Below are positions 38,834 to 52,900 of a DNA stretch of 64,000 bases, piece by piece. Each line of letters starts with the position of its first letter. The first letter of the stretch is position 1. The notes under the pieces were generated by a model. That model was not told the origin of the DNA, ran no database searches, and worked only from the letters and a program-made list of their open reading frames with translations. The translations under genes were made by a program, and so were the position numbers. The stretch is taken from NCBI GenBank assembly GCA_964016885.1, contig OZ024742.1, positions 149,606,001 through 149,670,000 on the forward strand, written 5' to 3'. This DNA is from Eledone cirrhosa (lineage: Eukaryota).

Positions 38834-41089
38834 GTAAACGCCAATGTCTTTTGTTTGTTACTGAATATCTGGTAAATTTAGCTCAACGTGAGCCTACATT
38901 TCTTGCATGAGAACTATTAAACGTGGTTTAATTTCATTTTAAAATTATCATTTAATTATTCTTTGAGAAATAACTGGAAGGAATGGTGTTTTTTCTTATT
39001 TTCTTGGTTTTTTATTAATTTGTTCTGAATCTAGCACTGATTTTTACAAGAAATGTGTAATCTAAATTCTATCTTACTGAACATCTCTATTTCTATTTTT
39101 AAATCTTTGCATCTTGTACATACAATTCAAGCCATTAGCTAAATTTTTTTAAATAAAATATTTATTTAGTGTAGAACAAGCAATCCTTTAGATTGTAAAA
39201 CCAATTTATTCTTTTGGTACCAGATTAGAAAGTGTTTAAGAACCCAAAGTTATCTTAATGTAGATCTGGTTATAAGTCAATCATGTTAACTTGATCTAAA
39301 TGTAAGTTTCAGCATGAAAAAGCAAGAATTTCTTTGATCATAAATTTGGTTATTAGAGACTTTTTCATGCTCTCAGTATTACACACAATCTCCATCCCCT
39401 AAGGGGTGGGATTTGGGGAAACTAATGGTGGTTATCATTCTCATGGTCAACCAAATCCTTTCACTTCTGAACTATTTAAAATTCATATACACAACACTTC
39501 CAGCAACAAGTATATGGCTTGCTTTGTCAAGTGTATTTACATATCCAATAAAACCCTATGCTCATAAAATATACAGCACTTACCTTTCTGTACACATTTT
39601 GGTTTTTGCATATGTACAGTATTAAAGAAAAGGAGTTTCATTTAAAATTTTCTACTTAGAAATTGATGATTTTCTCTAGATTTTCAATTGATGCTTGCTT
39701 AAGATATCTATATTTTGAAAATGTAGGCAAAAACAAACTATCATGGTTAACTTAGAATTACTTTTCTGCATGAAAGTCCTTTACAAATATTTTCCCCTTT
39801 TCAAATTTTATTTTACTAAAATGGTCAACATTACTTGAAAATATAATACTGTATTTTTAAAACAACGGGGTTTCATTTCAACTATTTCTACTACTATTAC
39901 AATTAATAGAAGATAGGGTATTCATGTAGTGAATGTGAACTATTACTGCTACTATAACAAGAAATACACTGCTTTTTTGATATGCCCTTCCAGTATTACT
40001 TATGATAACATAAGTGTTGTTACTATTAGTATATGTTGTACTTAAGCTATTACGAGAGCATATAGTACTATTACTGTTGTTATTAGTGAACACAAATTAA
40101 CCAGGCAGGTGGCACAAAGTAAGAAGTAAGCCCATGACAAACTGGAAATACAGTGCCATTGTGAAGGATTGAACATCACAATTCTGAAACCTTTTTACAT
40201 AATAATAATAATCACTATATGAATGAATCAAATGATACTTTACTTATATTCTTCAACAATTTTTTAATGACAAGTAACTATAACTAAGTAGAGTGGATGG
40301 TATGGGATACCTTTCTGGGATATCTCTCTCATTGCTTGTATCTCTCCATGGTATTTATTTACAGTTACTTGACTGGAATATTGAGATTTCAGTGTTTTAT
40401 GTTTGTCTGGCTCACAGCACAGTTTGGCTTATGTTAAGATATATACTGAATCCTCTTTAGTTGAAAGGAGTTAATAATATTTGCTATAGGGCATTATTAG
40501 TTAGAGCCAGTTTTATGAACATATGACTTGAGAATGGCATAAGTGACAGATAATTTATTTCTTTGCTACTATACTGGGGTATATGTAAGCTATCAATATT
40601 CTATTGAGTTAGTTATTTAAAATTGGTATCACAATTATTAACATAAGCCCTGCACAGTAAGTTTTATTTAATATGACAGTTTCTTCTTATTGATATAAAA
40701 CTTAGAAAACATACATTAAATACAAAACAAAAAGCAAAAACATGGCTATCATTTTAATAATTTTCCTAAATATTTACTGAAACTGATTTAAGATTAGAAA
40801 AAAATGTTTGCTTTTGATAATGAATTATTACGATATAAATCTTATTCCATAATATATTTGACGAAATAATTTTTTACATTTCCAGAATTCAATACTAATA
40901 ATTAAGATGTATGAAATTTATACCCCTCTTAATTTCTAACAAATGAATTTTCCAACAAATATTCTTTTTGTGTTTGTTTGTTATTTTACAAGATATTTAA
41001 TTAATTATACTTAAAGAAATGATCAAATGCGGCGATTTTTGTTTGTTCTTGACAATATCTGCACAATTGCATTTGTGTGCTGTTTTCAG

Positions 41090-41134
41090 GATACCAGACG
41101 TACACGCAGACGACGTGGTGGTGATGATAGGGAG
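41090..41134 (+). CDS. Coding exon (DTRRTRRRRGGDDRE), phase 0-0, 45 nt
   Basis: ttttcag acceptor, GAG|gtaaat donor, GC-rich island in an AT-rich intron. Confidence 0.85.
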
Positions 41135-41748
41135 GTAAATAATGTGGATTGATTTAATTTTTGTATGTGCTAATAATCCATTGGTGTCTTTTTCTATCCA
41201 TGCTGCATGTAATGTAATATTGCTCTCATCCTATTTCAACCAATTGCCAGTTGGACTGTCTACTTTGCTAGAACACTCACCAATCTTTGTATATTTTTAA
41301 CTGAGAATTAAGAATCATTTTTTCAATTTCACTACAAGAAATATTTCTGAAAAATTCGCATTTACTGAAGCACCAAATTTAACATAAACTATAATAGAAC
41401 ATTAAAACAGTAAACATTGTGTTGAGTGTTCATTGTAAAATAATGTACAGTTCAATTGGTTGTTGTTTGAAAATTTACAGAATTTACATTCATCTTCATG
41501 CCTCTTCATTGATCTCCATGCTAGCTCTTTCTTTTTATATATCTATTTGTCTGTCTGTCTGAGCTTGCCTGTTTGTGTCTGTCTGTCTGTCTGTATGTAT
41601 GTATGTCTGTCTGGCTCTCTATCTATCTGCCTGTTTATTGGCTTGCCTTTCAGTCTTTCTATATATTTATTAATCTTGTCTTGTTTAGTTAATGTGTAAA
41701 TCGTATGTGATATCTATCTATTCATCTATCTATCTATATACTTATCTA

Positions 41749-41833
<85 letters not shown>

Positions 41834-42774
41834 ATAAAGTTATGTGTGTATAGATACAGAGTATGTAACCAAGACTGCAACAATGTGTATATAAAATGTA
41901 GACGTGTAAAAATACCAGAAAATATGAATTTCTCTGTAATTTGAAATAATCATAAATATCTGTAATTGATTTTTGGGTCTAATTATATCCTCATCCAATC
42001 AATTGCAATGAAACGTGTATTTGATAGGTATATATACCCATTTGCTTTTAGTATTATTCCTAAATGGAGATACTAGAGGTATGATAGCAGCCAAAGTGTA
42101 TAATACTCTATACATAAGGAAAGAAGAGTGTAGATAATATTATAAGGATTCTTTTAAATTTTCTATCTTAAGAGTTCAAGTTTCACTACTGAATGTGGCA
42201 ATTCGGGTGATGTGCATATTGTACAGTCATAGATTCAGACTGAAGCTGATCTTTCTATTTTAACATATATTCTTTCTTTGATTGCCAAATGCCTGAGAGG
42301 CTAGCATCAGTCTGTTGATAACAACTTAAGAACTATAGTTCAGTTTGGAAAACATAGGAAGGCAAGCTGTGTTGGCTTTCCTATTGATGCACTGGCATGT
42401 CTTAATAGTAGAATGGACTCAGGAAACATGAGCTGGAAATTAAATACACTAACCAGTTAGCTTTTCTTTCAACAATCTATCTATATCTATCTATCTATCA
42501 TCTATCTATCTATCTATCTATCTATATATATCTATATATCTATATCTATCTATCTATATCTATCTATCTGTCTATATCTATCTATATCTATCTATATCTA
42601 TATATCTATAAGCATAGAATCAGTTTTAAACTAGTTAGACCATTACTCAGTAGAGTACTCTAAACTTGGGATAGTAGAGTATGGCTATATATATATATAT
42701 ATATATATATACTATATTATATTATTTATTTATGTTCATACACAGAATAAAAGGGCTACTTAAGGTTTCAAGGC

Positions 42775-42835
<61 letters not shown>

Positions 42836-43945
42836 TGTATGATAATTGTTTATTCAGTTTACAATAAAGTTATTTTATCAGATTAAACTCCTAGGATAGT
42901 TCATTATATGAAAAGCATAATCTTTCAGATATTTCAAATATAATCCAACAGCATCTGAAAGTTTGTGGTTCCATTTATAAATATTTTATATCTAACTCTA
43001 TTCGGTGATAGTGATAATGGCAAAGCTTATAATGCATACTGATAGCTTATCAGACACTTATCATGGCTAACATAGTGGATTTGTTTTATAGATACATGCT
43101 TTCAGGGTTTTTTGTGGCTTTTATAGCCAGATGTAGCTATTTACATATGCCATTCAAGTATTGCTTTTCTAAAAGATAATAATTGCTACTTTACATTCGC
43201 TTCAATGATTTTATGATTTTGATGCAATGTATATCTGCACTACAGGCTCTTACTGATGCGAATTTCTTGAGCTATTTCAAGCAAGTGTTGCTGTCTGTAA
43301 ATACTTTTAGATTTGTCACTCTAACCCAATATGTAAACTTGTCTGTTCTTTGCTTAATTTAACAGCTTCATGTCATAGGTAAAATGCTTCATATACACAA
43401 AGCTTTAAATCACAACCATGGTGCAAAGTTGCTTTATATGGATTTTGTTATTAATTTGTCATATTATCCATTAATGTGATAAACGGCTGTAATTGATAGA
43501 ATGGCAGGGCAACTGACTAAATACTTTTAAGCATTTGGTTTATTCCTATTTCAGTAAATGGTTTGCAAATAATATTAAGGTCAACTTTACCTTTCATCTT
43601 TACAAGGTTGGTTGATAGAAAAACACAAATATTATATAGGTGTTGATTTAATAGAGTATATCATTTCTCTACAAAATGGGCTTTGTTCCTAAAGAAAATA
43701 AATCCCTGTAGAAAAAATGTAACAATAATAAAAAAATAAAAAAATGGTAAACGTAATGTATTTCAGTTAGGTTTTGTAATTTAACTGTTTATATAATCAT
43801 AATTATATACCAGAATCCAATGAGTGTTTGTTTGTCAAAATGTTTCAGTTGAGTTGTCTTAAGTATTTTGATCTTGTTGCATACCTAAATCTTGTTGAAC
43901 TATAAATCTGATAGTGAAAGAACTTTGCTTTATATTGAATTCAGG

Positions 43946-44006
<61 letters not shown>

Positions 44007-47000
44007 ATATTCATTCATTGGTAGTATACTAGTGTGATGACAAACTATTTCAGCTATTTAAAAAATATTCTTTAGAGGGATTTTTTTTCTTTATACAGTT
44101 TCAATTTTATTCTGTTATTTGTTTTGGCTAGAATGTTAAATCTGCTCTTTCTATTTAACGCATTGAGATATATTCAAATTATGTAAAAACAATTAAATAT
44201 AATATTTATTTAGTTTGTCTGTTTTGTAAGAACTAGATAAATTTTATTTAATTTCAAAAATTGCCTATTATACATTTGAAGAAAGAAATTGTTTGCTTTA
44301 AAATTATTTTATGTGAAAAACAAAATATGTGGCAATTTATATTGAAATCGTTTTTTTTTTTTCTCTGGCAGTCTTGTATGTGTTTTGCTGGACTGAAAAC
44401 TTTACTATAGGTTAAATCTTTTTTGGTAATGAAATATTTTTATAATGGGCTCCCTATTTTTAAGTAAGAGATATTGTCATGTGTTGTCTTAGCAATAGTA
44501 ACATTAACATTCATTTGTCATTTAAAATGTTACAAATTAAACCCTAGCATATCATACTCTACATTAGGCAGTTGTACCTACTTTATAACATTTCAAAATA
44601 GATGTATAGCCACCTTTCCTATCAGAGTCTACTGTTAACTTCCTTGTTTGTTGACAACTTTCCAATTGAAACTGTGAGATGAAGTGTTACTAACTACACT
44701 TTACATTAAAATAGATAGATGAACTGAGCTTCCTTTTCAACCAAATTCACTAAGAAATATGTTCCATTGCACTATTATCCTTTTACCTTTCTCAGTTTCC
44801 TCACAGCCTTTGAATTTTGTGTAACAAACAAAACCCCAACAGCAATAAAATGTCTAAATGTTGTGAGGAGAATAGGTTTATCTATGATAAATGACTTAGG
44901 AAAAATATCTAGAGAAGCCTGCTGCATGATACATTGATAGTGAAGAGAGCAGTAACATGCTTGATGTAGAGAAGAAATTTAACCTAAAATGAAATCCTTC
45001 ATGATGAGAAACTAGATCTGTGATATGGTTTTCAATTCTAGTTATGCTTGATGCATTTCCCAAGATATATGAAATGAATCCTTGAAACTATATAAGATCT
45101 GAATAGTTTAAAATGCATTCATCTGATCAAGTTTGCTAATTTAAACTAAGAGTTTAGCGTAATTTTATTTTTAATGTATATTTTTAAAGCTTTTAAACAA
45201 ACAAAACACCTAAAAGATCTTCATTTTTTGCTTTCATTCTTCTAATTGTTAGTATCACTATTTTAAAATATTCCATTTATGTTTTTATCTCTCTGTAGTC
45301 TACAGTCGTGTTTGTTATTTCTTTCTCTCTTTCTTTTTTTATTTCCGCTGTTGATTCCATCATGAAAACCAGTGGACTGTCAAAGCATTCATTTTTGTCA
45401 ACTTCATCTTAAAAAATATTTCCATCATCATTATTATTTTTTTTTTTTGTATTTCTGTCAAATTACATTTTTGTAACATTTGAGTTAAAATAATCAATCT
45501 ATTATTTTTTCAGATTTTTACTAAAATAAAACTCTTTTTTTGTCTTTCAGTAAACTTGGGTGAAATTATTTCACTACTTTCATTGTTTTTATTGTAAATA
45601 TCTTCTATATATACACACACACATCTGACAATGCTAGTATATATTCTTCTAGTTTTAGTTTATGTTTCTCTATCTGTTTGTTGAAAAAGTTGTCCGTCCT
45701 CTTTGTGTATAAGAATGTGTATGCATATGCATGTCTATTTTATAGATTATCCATCTGTCTAACTGCTTGCGAAAATATCTGTCTATCTATACTTTCCATA
45801 TATTTATCTGTTTGTTTATTTATGTACTTCTTTGTCTGTCTGCATCTTTCCAACTGGTAGTAAACTAGTCTGAATATATGAGTGTCTTTATGTAAACCCA
45901 TCCCCCACTATATGTCATTCTTTTTATAGAGTTATCCAATTGTTTAATCTTTACATTCAGTATGTAGGCTGATATGTTTGTCTGTTTGTCTTTGATGATA
46001 TTTATTTTATATTTGTAAGTATATGGTTTATTTGTTTGGTGATTGTTGTTGTTTTTGTCATTATTGTACAATGATGTTCAACCTCCTCCAGACATCAAAT
46101 TGTTTGATAAAGAGAGAAATATTGAAAGGTTGTAGGGCTAATGCTTGATTAACCTTAGTTTATGTTGCTTTCAGCAGCTGGAAGTTAACTCTCCTTTTAA
46201 ATAGAAGGCTAGTGTAACAGGTTACTACTTGCCAAATCATCTAGTAATAATTTCCTTATATCAAGGTAAAATGGAATGTTTAAGCTAAGTGTGCTGACCA
46301 CAGACTCCATAACACACCTATGAACTGGTGCTCAAATACCTTATCTCTGTACATATAATACACAAGTTTGTATCCTAACACAAGTAATATTTCATATGGA
46401 TTGTCTGTACAAACATAACACCAGGCAATTTACAAATAGTATTTAATGTATGTGTTTGTATTTGTGTTTAAAGAAGTGAGACGTCAATATAACACAAGTA
46501 ACATTCTTTTGAGATTTAATATTTATTTTCCAACAACTAGATGTTACTGCAATGTATAGAATTAAGAATCCTGCCAAAATATTACAAGATGCTTGATGTG
46601 AGAATGCACTCATAAACTATGAGCTAGTAGGTCAATATCTCATCCGCATGGTCATTATATTTATTAGTATGTATTCTCTTTCTGAAATATCTTACAACCA
46701 AGAAGATCAGCTTTCTCTAGCTAATTTTAAACCTCTTCCATGAAGCTACAGATAACACCTGCTGTTATCTTTGAAAACCATGTATATTCTCAGCATCTTC
46801 TACTTGTCTGTCAGCTAAAGACTTAACGTTGTAAACAATATTCTTCCCACACAGTAGATAGATTATTGGTAACCTCTAGCAGTTTAGTAGAATCTAAACA
46901 AACATTAGACTTGATGTTCCTTTCACCATATATTAAATTATCATTGGGCAAAAGCAAATAATATTACTTGTAATATTCTAAATGTGTGTGTGTAGAGTGG

Positions 47001-47178
47001 GTATAGGTGAGTGAGAGCAAATGAATGGTAGTAATATTAAAACTACAATTATATTTAGAGAATTAAAAAAAGTCAGAATTAAATTTTTATTGCTTTTATT
47101 GAATGTTGTTATTGTTGTTATGCTGTCACATTGTTGTATATTTATCTGTTTCGCTTTGATTTACCTTTGTTACTTAAG

Positions 47179-47205
47179 GCCCCTGCTGAAGAAACCAGCC
47201 AAGAG
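47179..47205 (+). CDS. Microexon (APAEETSQE), phase 0-0, 27 nt
   Basis: T-rich tract, ttaag acceptor, GAG|gtttgt donor; peptide composition matches neighbouring exons. Confidence 0.7.
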
Positions 47206-47812
47206 GTTTGTCTATTGTTCTATATTCTAATGGTCAAGTCAAAACAGTTACTGCATTCGTTGGAATCAAACCTTCTACTTTTTGGTTTAATATTTAGAAA
47301 GAAACAAACCATAAATTCCACTAAATCTTTTCTGTAGAAGTAACCATCTCTGATTAAAGAGAGCCATTTTATATTTGGTTGTTTTTCTTTTTACTGTTTA
47401 GCCAGGGAAGGAAATTTCATGAAATAAAGGGCCAATGATCTCTTTTCAGGGCTTCTGAAACTGATAAGGATGGAGGAAAGTATCCTCAAACTGGAGATTT
47501 GCTTCCAATGCTAGCGATAGAATGGACTTTATTAAAAGTATTTTGTCCTACTCTTGAAAACCTCTGCCAATCCTCTGCCTTTATTCACCTGTTATGGAGG
47601 TAACCAATACAATAGAGTATAATAATCGACATATATTGCTCTCAATAGGAATGTAAATGTTAGCACACTTACTGTGACAAGCAGTATGCCTTCAATTATC
47701 AAGTTTATACCTGTAATTAAGAGACAAACATTGTAAATCAATCTTTTAATCATTTTGCTGACATTACTCTTACTTCTCTATGTAAGTCAGTAAAACAATT
47801 ATTATTACTATT

Positions 47813-47998
47813 ATGGATTCGCAGTATCAGTAGAGCATCGGACGCCATGCTTTGCAGTAGAGTTACACCCTGACTGGGGTTAACTTTGCCTTTCATCCTT
47901 ATGAGGTCAATAAAATAAAGTACCAGTAATGCACTGGTGTTGAATTAATTGACTTTCCCTTCTCCCAAAATCGTTGGCTTTGTGTCTAAATCAGAAAT
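47813..47998 (+). mobile_element. SINE family A
   Basis: Head, core and tail with an internal deletion. Older copies also at ~11810-11920, 26770-26900 (-), 27770-27875, 33115-33275 and 43490-43690. Confidence 0.8.
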
Positions 47999-48832
47999 AT
48001 GATAATGTTGCAGTGAAGCCAAAATCTGGTGCCTAGCTCTAAATTTTGTAGCAGGTCTGGCATGGGTTTATCACAGATAGATGCCAAGATATGATATTTT
48101 CATTTCACATAGCAAAGTGAACAGGGTTATGGAAAACTGAGTTACAACTATATACATCATGAGTATTGGTGTTGCCTGTCAACATAAATAATGATTCAAT
48201 CAAGACTAAATTAACAATGAATAAATTTAACACCCAGACTTCAAGTTTCCTATGTAGATAATTTCTTTTAACTGATCTGATTTATGAATTGATAAATAAT
48301 TATTCTAATTAGTATAATTAATAATAAATATGTTAAAATATGTGTATATATGTTAACATATTTAATTTAGATGATCCATATTTTCAAAACTCAACATTTA
48401 AAGTTTGATTTGCTCCTCTTCTACTGTTATTCTGTATTGACTTGACTATTTGTAGTGTGAGTGTGGTTCATATACTTTGGCACAATTTCTTATCTTCAAC
48501 CACAATATCTGCAATTTAATATTCTATCTACTTTTCTTTTAAAAAAAAATTATTTTTTCTTTTGTTCAATTTATTTTTATTTGCTCTTGTTTTTCACTCT
48601 ATTTTATTTTTGTTAGTTAAGAATCTCTCCTATGCAATAAGCATCCATGGTTGGTCTGTTTGTTGTGTGTTGGTTTTCCAAACCATTGTTATTACACTCA
48701 GTCTTTCTGAAAACCCCTTAAGTAATATTTATTTATTTAAAATCTAATTAATGACTTATTTATTACTGATAACTATTTGGCTGATTAATCACACACACAC
48801 ACACACACACATATATATAATATATATATATA

Positions 48833-48879
<47 letters not shown>

Positions 48880-48889
48880 TATATATAAT

Positions 48890-49920
48890 ATTTATTAAAA
48901 TAACAGATTAAAGTTTAAGCAAAGAATCGCTGCTTTCACCCTTAACGGGATCTTCTGAAACTAACAAAGTCAATCTGTAAACGCAGAACTGGATATTTCA
49001 AAAAACGTTGCAACCGGAGGAAGACAGGAAGACGATACTTTGGTTCGTGGCAACGTTCCCTGGCAAAGAACGGGAAAAAACGAATAATACGTCATTAATA
49101 GGAGCGGTGAAAAGCAATTACGCGCAAAGACAGAACCACGTTTATGGTATAAAAGAGGTCGTAGACTAATGTTCTCTTAGGTGGTGCATAGAGACGTTCT
49201 CTGGCAATGAACGAAAAAACGAAGATAATGCGTCATATGTGGAGCGTGGAGAACAATAGCACGCAAAGACAAAACCACGTAAATGGTATAGCAGAAGTCG
49301 TAGACTAAAATTCTAACTAGGAGACCAAATGAATCTCTGCTACAGAGTTAAGAACAAAGTAAATAAATACAATACAGAAGTAATAGAAATAAATAAATAC
49401 ATACACGCAAACAAATACGTACATACACAAGCATACGCAAAACCTTACCATAGGTATACAAAACCACGCACATATAAATATGTGTGTGTGTGTATGCGTG
49501 TATACAAATAAATAAATAATTATATAATCGTATATAAATAAATAAATACGTATATAACAAGCGCACACACATACCTACATATAAATACACGAATGTTCGG
49601 AGACGTAAGTCAACTAAAACAAGAAGTACACATATACACGCACCCACCATACGTACGAACCTGCATACTCACACAGACGCAAAACTCCCGTATACACATA
49701 ACCAAACCCTATGTACCAGAATATATAAAAATATACGCCATAACAATCAAATATAGGTACGAGAAGGTATACGTATCTTCACAAAACATACGGGTAATAT
49801 ATACTTACCTATGCAAATAAGTAAAGGAATAAACAAAACATATACTTAGCTCCCACATCAAGACGTGAAATATCCACGTATAGATCGTACTATCCGTTAG
49901 GGTGTAACGTGGGGCTGTAA
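48890..49920 (-). mobile_element. Penelope-like or unknown non-coding element with a degenerate hammerhead and an internal ~140-bp duplication
   Basis: Starts next to a (TA)n tract; CpG-rich relative to flanks; hammerhead-like fold at 48912-48962; diverged tandem units ~49053-49175 and ~49194-49313; terminal sequence aacagattaaagtttaagcaaagaat recurs at ~4175-4200. Confidence 0.45.
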
Positions 49921-52900
49921 TACAGGAAAGTTTTGTGCAATTTATTAAAAATGGTTTTCAAAAATTTAATTTGAATCAAAATTATTTCTCTCATTTAAAT
50001 AATTAAAAAACAATTTCAGAAAAATACAGAAACAATAAACTTTAAGAAAAAAATATATAATAAGCATCATCGGCGCCTGATATCTATTTTCCATGCTTGG
50101 ATGGGTTAACTGGATTGTCACATTCTGTGGCTAGAGAGGTCAGGTGACAGTCTTGTTCATACATTCTTTTTTGGGTTGGGTTTCTATGACTAGATGTTCT
50201 TCCTAATTCAAACCATTTTACTAGGTGGATAGGTTGCTATTGTCATGGCACCAGCTCTACCATCTTACAGAGTGGACATGGATGTATTTTATCATGTCAC
50301 CAACACTTTATTGTTTTTGGATAATTTGATCTGAGATACACTATCTGAAATGGTGGCATATTCATGACTAGAATACTTTTTGGTCATAGAGCTGCTCAAT
50401 CAAGGTTGACCGTGAGTTAAACAAGCAATAGCATTTATTTGAGCACTTAATCACTTACATAATTAACTTAGTTTCATATTTATTTACTTTCCTTTAATAA
50501 ACAGTTGTACACAGTAAATCATGAGCATTGTTTTTTTTTAAAAAGGATTTTAAGAACTTAAACAAGACATATTAATTCTCAACTACTGACTGTCCACTAT
50601 TACTTTCACATTCTTTAAAAGTTTCTGTATTTCATAAATTAACTAAAGCTTTGTCATCGTTTCACCAACAAACAGTCTCCATTGATGGTTGTTTTTAAGT
50701 TTTCTAAGAAACATTTTTCTCAGAAATATTTTTCTCAGAAAAATATTAGTTTAATTTTCTTCTTCTTTTTCTTTTATCTTTTCCTTTTTTATTTCAGTTT
50801 TTTGTTTTGCTTATTATTTAAGTTTATTATTATTATTGTCATTTTTAGAATTCCCTTCCTTCACTGTTTTATGATTAAGTTTCTAAAACATGCACTCCTT
50901 CCTCCTAAATATGCTTGTGTCCAAATTGCAATTCTTAAATATATGCATACCTAAAACCTGTCCCCTAAATACATTTGTGTCTAACACTCACCTCACCCAA
51001 TTTGTCCCTACTTAATCCCATCTTCAAATATATGCACAACCAACACTTATCCTTAGTGTGTGAAACATGTATGTCCTTGCCTCAACATGAGTTAATAAAT
51101 CATTATAAAATATAGAAGTGTATGAGTTGAAGTAAATTGACAGTGGCCTATGTCAGTAAAAGAGAAACAACCATATAGGGCCATCATGGAGCCCCGGCTG
51201 TGTTCTTTTGTCTATGGGTGCATGCTAATAATAATAATAATAAAACTAAGACTTCAGGTCTTATAAATATGTGCAACATATATAAAATAGCACTACTGTT
51301 TTGAAAACTTTCAATATAATAGATAACACACAAAAGTAAAAATCTGCATGTACTCAAGACACTTAGTGTTGTGCTCACATCTGCGGTAAAAAATCTGCAA
51401 TAAAAATAACATTGCTGACGAAGTAGTAGTAATGGACTCAATATCACAACTTACTTTTGAAAAAAAATGTCAACTAGTTGGTAACTTGCCAAAGTCAAAA
51501 AGACAGAAAACAAAATCTTTGCAATATGTTTTCTTCAGTCTGTTTGTATGTTATGATTTTATTTATTTTGTCACACCTGCTGGCACATTGCACAGGATTT
51601 CTAAAAAGAAAAACAATACCCACCAATACAGCTTTCTCTAACTTACATTTGCTTGGTTTTTAGGTAAAGATTATTATATAGGTCACTTAATGGTATTTCC
51701 TGATTATCATGACAACTTCCTTCATTTTTCTGTCTATCTTCAAAAATTTGATGATGGCACTGCAAAATAAATAGGTGTGGAAACAAACAAACAAATAAGA
51801 AAATAAATAATTACAAACTCTTATAATCAGCATTAAATAAACATGTTGGCTGCACACACACATTATGTTAAAGAAATTCTCAGAATAAGAGACACCATCT
51901 TATGTAAACTACATCATGAAACACAAACAATTGCAGTTTCAAGATGCAAAGTTACAAGTTTCATTGTTGGATATAAACAACAATGAGATAAGGGATTCTA
52001 TTTTTATTTCTCTTTACTAAATAGTAATGCAAATGATAACAGTTGATAATCTCAAAATTTGCTCTCGCTCCAAGTGAATTATATGTAGTCAATTGCAGTA
52101 TCTTAAATATAAAGATATATATTTCTCAGTGAGGTGATTATTTTTCAAATATCTAGAAATATAGTCAAATTATCTACAGGCATGGAATATATTAACAGGA
52201 GAGTTCATCATGTATGTATGCCAATAGAAAACAGTCATTTATGGACACAAACTAAATCCCTAGATTGATATTTTCCACAATTTGCCTTTTTATTTTTCTT
52301 CTCCCTTTTGAAGATTTTATTTTGCATGTTTGATAAATATCTCAACCCAGTGCATAACTGTTTATGCACTTGTTGATAATACAAGTTATATTTACAACAG
52401 AAATTATATTGTTTGGTGCAGAACTGTTGCCTTTCTTTCCAATGAGAGAAGTTCTTTACCCTACAATTATTTATATTTGTTTGTTGGGAATAATTATACA
52501 GTTTAGTGTAATCCAATGACAAGTTGATTGTTATGCACCCTGTTGCACACCCTAAGTGTTTCTCTTACCTTTTTATTTATTCATTTATATCTTCTTTACA
52601 GATTGTAAAGACAATTTTATTTGAATTTTGTTATTTTCAGTTTTGGTTTTAATTTTTTGAATAGATTAAGTTTATGCTTCTTAAGGTACCAGAGGAAATA
52701 AAATACTATTTTGGATTATAATTTTAGAATTTTAAAAAATTTATTTCAAAATTATTATTGCTTGTTATTGTGAGGAAAATACTTATATACAGATTGGTTT
52801 GCATGTAAATTTAACAGAGGTGTTAAAAGGGAAGGTGCCTATCTATTGCAATAATTCTTGGAGGACCATTAAATAAATTGGGTGAGCATTTGAAGTAGTG

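Noticed and set aside
52560-52610. Possible 3-nt microexon (tttacag|ATT|gtaaag)
   Set aside because: Weak donor context; such matches are expected by chance in T-rich introns.
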